Below are positions 58,301 through 64,000 of a stretch of DNA of 64,000 nucleotides, piece after piece. The translations under genes and the position numbers were made by a program. Numbering within the stretch: the stretch's first letter is position 1; the number at the start of each line of letters is the position of its first letter. Source of the DNA: Flectonema sp. DT1601 (Eukaryota); NCBI GenBank assembly GCA_964019425.1, contig OZ025783.1:682001-746000 (forward strand). The letters run 5' to 3'. Below the pieces are notes generated by a model. That model saw only the letters and a program-made list of their open reading frames with translations, did no database searches and was not told the DNA's origin.

Positions 58301-61300
58301 TCACGTCTTATTACATCCCTCACTTGATGAAGTGCAAAAGGCTATAAATCAATCAGCCACTGCTGTCTTAAAATGCTCAAAATATATCTCCCCATGGGAC
58401 GGCGTCGAGGGATCTGAAACATTCTTTGAAAAGATCGCAAAAAACAAAGAAATCGTCAAAGTGGTTCTACTCTTGACAGGAGGTATCCATGGTTTAAAGA
58501 AACAGGTGTGTATTTTATATATTAATTTCCCACATAATCAAAACATTCATTAATCATAAATAAACAGGTTATGGATTACTTAAACAGTTTTAAAAGGTAC
58601 GAGTACCTTTGGCTACTTGACAAACAAGAAGAATACGAATCGTTTCTTGAGAAGCAACCAACACTAGCAATGTTCGAACAAGAGTTAAAACGATACAAAG
58701 CTGTTGAAGATGACGTTGAAGGAATTCAACCAAGTTATGTCATAGGATCTTTATCTTTAGACACTGCAAGACTTAAGGCCGCCTTAAAGAGAGAAGCACA
58801 AGAGTGGAAGTCACAGTACGCTAAGAACTTACATCAGCAAGCATCCAGAGACTTAGCAAGAATCCAAGCACAGATGGATGAGAATGATAAAGCTCTTCAG
58901 AATGATATCAAAGAAGATGACTCTCTTGAAGATCTTCGTATGATGATGTACACTCTTCGTGAAATTAGAGAACGCGAGTCGGAAGTTGATCTCTGCTTTG
59001 AACCAGTTCAAGAAAACTACTCAATGTTGAAAGCAAACAATGCTCAAATTCCAAAAGATGAAGAAGAACAAGTTGGAGAACTTTGGCATCACTGGCGCAA
59101 CCTGCGAATGAAAGCACAAAAGAGAAATGATGAAATATCAAAATTACAAAACGGATTCAAAGCGAGACTTACTCGAGAAGTTGATAACTTCCAAAAGGTT
59201 GTTGTCACCTTTCGGAAAGACTTTGATGAGAACGGTCCCATGTGTGAAGGAATTTCACCATCGGATGCCATGGAGAGATTAAATAAATACCAGCGACTCT
59301 TTGAAGACCACAAACGTTCATGGACCACATTCCAGGCTGGAGAAGAACTATTTGGAATGCCTGTCCACCAATATCCTGAGTTAGTGCAAACTGAAAAACA
59401 ATTAGTTCTCCTCGAAAAGCTTTATCTGCTTTACGTAAAAGTGATCCAAAAGATTCGAGGCTACGCTGAAACCCTTTGGGTAGAATTAAAACAGGGAGGA
59501 GGTGCTGGATTTGCTAGTTTAGTCGAAGAAGTGAATCGATTCCAACAACAAGCTCAGAAGCTACCAAAAGCATTGAAGGGATGGGACGCCTATTTGGAGC
59601 TGAAGAAGTACATCGACGACTTCTTAGGTCTCGAGGAAATGATTTCAGCACTCGCACACCCTGCAATGCGTGAACGCCATTGGAAGAATATTATGCAGAT
59701 CACGAACACTTCTTGGAAACTAGATGAAGACTTATTTAAACTCGGTAACATCCTAGAAGCTAAACTACTAAACTTCGAAGAAGAAGTTCAGGACGTCACA
59801 ATGTCTGCACAGAAGGAAGCTGACATCGAACGTAAATACAAAGAAATTGAACGCAACTGGAAAGACACAGAACTTGTATTTGGTGAATTTAAACATCGAG
59901 GACAACTTGTATTGAAAGGAGAAGAGACTAACGTCATTAAGGAAGCTCTCGAAGAATCTCAATTACAAGTCGGTTCTATGTTGGCGTCGAGATTCGTCGC
60001 TCCATTCAGAACCGAAGTTACGGAATGGATGACCAAACTTAGTAACGTGTCGGAAAAATTAGGACTCTGGCAAGAAGTTCAATCTGCATGGGTATGGCTT
60101 GAGGCAGTATTTGCTGGAGGTGATATTATGAAGCAACTACCAGCAGAGGCAAAGCGTTTTGCTCAAATTGATAAAACTTGGGTCAAGATAATGACAAAAG
60201 CTGGAGAACAAAAGAACGTCATCGGATTTTGTTACGACAACGAACTACTGGACCTCTTACCCAACTTAAAGGACCAACTTGATCAGTGTCAAAAACAACT
60301 TCAGTCATACTTAGAAACTAAGAGACGTGCATTCCCAAGATTCTATTTTGTTTCTGAGACCGTATTGTTGGATATCTTAAGTCAAGCAAGTGACCCAACA
60401 GCTATCCAGGGAAATATTCAATCAATCTTTGACGGTGTCACTAGTGTTACGTTTGAACGTTTCAAACCAACAAAAGGAGAAACTGGGTCTGGAATTATTA
60501 AAATAACTTGGCTGCATTCACCTGAAGGAGAATCCTTACAGCTCCTTGAACCTGTACCTTGCGTAGGTAATGTTGAGTGTTGGCTTCTCGCATTGGTAGA
60601 CCAAATGTGTTTTAGTGTAAAGGAAGTAGCTAAGAGAGCAGCTGCTGAGATCTTAACCCTTCAGGGGAATTTAAAGCATTTTGAAACAACCTGTTTGAAA
60701 ACATACGTAGCTCAAGTATCACTTTTAATTGTTCAAATGTTGTGGACGACTGATGTGCAAGACTTCTTAACTGGAAGTAAGTCTGAGCAAAAACAACTCC
60801 GAGAAGCCTGCGACAGACGTATCAGTGACTTGAAGGATATGTTAGTCGACTTAACCAGAACTGATTTATCAAAAATGGAAAGAGTAAACGTTGAGACTCT
60901 AATTACTATCCACGTCCATCAACAAGACGTTTGGAGAGCACCCCCTGGAAAGGGAGATACTCCACTCAAAAAACTGAGAGACGCATCACAATTCGATTGG
61001 CTCAAACAGGCTCGATTCTACTTCAGACCAGAAAAGGAAGAAGTGATCATTCAAATCGCAGATGCTGATACTCTTTACTGCAATGAATACCTCGGAGTGA
61101 AAGAGAGACTTGTAATTACACCATTAACAGATAGATGTTATATTACTCTCTCACAGGCCTTGGCTATGAAATTAGGAGGAGCACCAGCAGGACCTGCTGG
61201 AACTGGAAAGACTGAAACAACAAAAGATTTAGCAAGAACATACGGAAAGCTTTGTATAGTTACAAACTGCTCTGATCAACTTGACTATAAGGCTATGGGT

Positions 61301-64000
61301 AAAATTATAAAAGGACTCTCTCAAGCAAATGCTTGGGGATGTTTTGACGAGTTCAACCGAATTGATCTCCCAGTTCTGTCAGTTGTTGCACAACAAGTTC
61401 AATCAGTTTTGAATGGTTTGAAGGCACACAAAACAGAATTCGTGTTCCCCGACAAAGACATTGTTGGACTGAAACCTGGTGTAGGATTCTTCATCACTAT
61501 GAATCCTGGTTATGCTGGTCGCCAAGAACTACCTGAGAACTTAAAAATTCTATTCAGAGGAGTCACAATGATGGTTCCTGACAGACAGGCTATCATGAAA
61601 GTTAAGTTAGGAGGTCAAGGATACAAAGAAGACGATTTATTATCCCAAAAGTTCTTCCTTTTATACAATTTGTGTGAACAACAACTGTCAAAACAAAGAC
61701 ATTACGACTTTGGGTTGAGAAATATCCTTTCTGTGTTGAGAACCGCAGGTTCGGTTCTTCGCAAAGCCGCAGTAAAAGACGAACCTTATTTATTCATGAG
61801 AACTCTACGTGATATGAATATGTCTAAATTAGTATTCGATGATATTGATTTGTTTAATTCTTTATTAGCTGACTTGTTTCCTGGAAAGAATCCAGAGAAG
61901 AACGTTCACCAAGAAGTTGAAAAAGCACTCAAACATCACATCACTGAAAACGGTTTAATATTCCACCCTCCTTGGGTAGCGAAGTGTATTCAGCTTTACG
62001 AAACAAAACTAGTAAGACACGGTCTGATGGTTGTTGGACCAGCAGGAGTTGGAAAGTCAATGATTTATCTCATGATTTTAAAATCTCTTTGCGACATCGA
62101 AGAAAAACTCGGCGGCATGAAACACTCAGAGATGCGTATGAATCCAAAAGCTATCACCGCACCTCAAATGTTTGGAAAGCTTGATGCCGGTACTGGAGAT
62201 TGGCACGATGGTATCTTTAGTTCCCTTTGGAGACAGTCATGTGCTAAGACTAAGAAACAAGACGGTAAGAAACCACAATCTGTTTGGTTAGTTTGTGATG
62301 GGCCAGTTGATGCTATCTGGATTGAGAACTTAAATACCGTTCTCGATGACAACAAACTTCTCACGTTAGCATCTGGTGACAGACTTAACATGACTGAGAA
62401 CATGAAAGTTTGCTTCGAACCAGAAAACTTAAACAACGCCAGTCCAGCTACTGTAAGCCGTGCAGGTATCGTCTACGTATCTGATGCTGAACTCGGTGGA
62501 GGTGTTGGAAGAGGAGAATGGAAACCTTGGGATCCAGTAATTAGAGCAAAGCTTTACGCCTGGAGAAAGGAAGAGCGCATCGTTCCAGTTGACTGCCCAA
62601 CTATCATGACTAAGGAAATAGCAGACATCTTTATGGGTCTGTATGAGAAATTCGCTGACAGCTGTCTGAAGTTCTACACCAAAGAATGCCTTGTTGTCAT
62701 GCACACTGGATTTGCTCATCAATTGATCAACAGTTACTTCTTACTTGCAGCACTACTTGAAGAGACTGATGGTACGCCAAGTAAGTCGGTTGCTGAAAAG
62801 TTGTTTTGGTTTTCACTGTCTTGGTCACTCGGTGGTCTTCTGGAGTCCAACGACAGAGAGAAGTTCCATGATGGCTACGTTAGACCGAATTGTAAGTCCG
62901 TTCCTGATGAAGACACAATCTTTGAGTACAAAGTTGACGTGAAAGCAGACAAATGGGTTCATTGGAATAACATAACAACTCAATGGAAGTACCCGGGTGA
63001 TCAGAAGATTAGTGAAGACTTCGCAACCTTATTCATCCCAACAGTTGATAGCACCAGATTAAATTATTTAATGCTTCAGAACTTTGTAAACAAAAGACCT
63101 GTTTTACTAATGGGAGGATCAGGAACTGCAAAGACTGTCACAATTGAGAACTTCCTCTTGGGCGTTCCTCAGTGTGAGAGAATCGACACAGAAGTCAGAG
63201 AAATGATGACTCACAAGAAAATTAACTTCTCATTCATGACATCGCCTGGATTGTTCCAAACTGCTCTACAGGACTGCGTAGAAAAACGTCAGGGAAAGTA
63301 CTACGGTCCAAAGAGAAACAAGAAGCTGACGTTATTCATTGACGACACTGCTATGCCTGAAATCAACGAATGGGGTGATCAAATCACCAACGAGATTGTG
63401 CGTCAAGTTATTGAAGAAGGAAGAGTGTACAGTCTTGAGAAACCAGGAGAGTCATTTCATCTGGTTGATATGCAATACGCTGGAGCTATGAGTTTACCAG
63501 GAGGAGGTAAGAATGATATTCCAAACAGACTGAAGAGACATTTCGCAGTCTTCTGTGTCCCTCTACCATCTGATAGTAGTTTACAACAAATCTTTGGTGT
63601 CATTCTCTCAAGTAGATTTCATCAATCAGGTCCTAATGGAAACTACACACAATCGACTATTGATGTCGCTGATCAGATTACCAGAATGTCTATCAGCTTT
63701 TGGAAGAAGATCCAAAACAGAATGCTTCCAACTCCGGCTAAATTCCACTACAACTTTAACTTGAGAGATTTAACGAATATCGTTCAAGGAATCTGTAAAA
63801 CTGAAAGAGCAACAATTCAAGATGAATATAATCTAGTTAACCTCTGGAAGCATGAGTGCTGTAGGGTTTTCAGTGACAAGTTAAATGCTGCTGATGACAA
63901 GGCTTGGTATGATAAGAATGTAAATATGACACTTGGTGAATTCTTAGGAGACGGATTACTCCAACAATGTGAACAACCTACTTATTGGTGTGATTTCTTA
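55302..64000 (+). CDS. Axonemal outer-arm dynein heavy chain, gamma/DNAH5-8 type (3'-truncated by the window)
   Basis: Exons 55302-55781, 55857-58505, 58568->64000; the last frame is not in the ORF track because it has no stop in the window. Tail motif GPITELRWWKER. AAA1 GPAGTGKT (61190-61213), CFDEFNRI, HYDFGLRNILSVLR. AAA2 GPAGVGKS (~62036). AAA3 GGSGTAKT (~63113). PTPAKFHYNFNLRD. Confidence 0.93.

Noticed and set aside
16764..64000. Functional 'flagellar cluster' (RSP4/6, vasohibin, dynein heavy chain)
   Set aside because: Interspersed with unrelated genes; flagellar genes are numerous in flagellates, so co-occurrence in 64 kb is unremarkable.
1..64000. Prokaryote-type systems (CRISPR arrays, operons, IS elements), rRNA/tRNA genes, SL-RNA gene, transposon ORFs
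   Set aside because: No regularly spaced direct repeats, transposase or RT motifs, cloverleafs or spliced-leader sequence were seen; the DNA is intron-containing eukaryotic sequence.

Overview
AT-rich eukaryotic genomic DNA with 16 protein-coding genes (two truncated by the window edges), all on the + strand. I inferred 19 short GT-AG introns (57-171 nt) by restoring reading frames and conserved motifs, which joins several ORF-track fragments into single genes. One-directional gene order, an AG acceptor 6-40 nt before almost every start codon (spliced-leader trans-splicing-like), an amastin-like gene and ordinary cis introns together suggest a euglenozoan, most likely a diplonemid (inference). 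Gene order: His-rich protein (3' end), TFIIB/BRF-like factor with a histone-H1/Nopp140-like tail, PHO80-type cyclin, ~9.8 kb non-coding tract, BLUF-cyclase-EF-hand protein, GSKIP-domain protein, radial spoke head RSP4/6, FHA protein, ~2330-aa FN3-repeat protein, ~4200-aa coiled-coil protein with a degenerate ART-like domain, TrmH/SpoU methyltransferase with an inserted dsRBD, amastin-like protein, ABCF2, Patched-like protein with seven ShK-like repeats, vasohibin, outer-arm dynein gamma-type heavy chain (5' part). Best novelty candidates: (1) a blue-light BLUF receptor fused to a catalytically degenerate adenylyl cyclase and a canonical EF-hand; (2) a PTCH1-like protein in a non-animal lineage with a disulfide-rich N-terminal repeat array; (3) a TrmH with an internal dsRBD and a C-terminal membrane anchor. 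All family assignments come from motifs recognised by eye; no searches were run.
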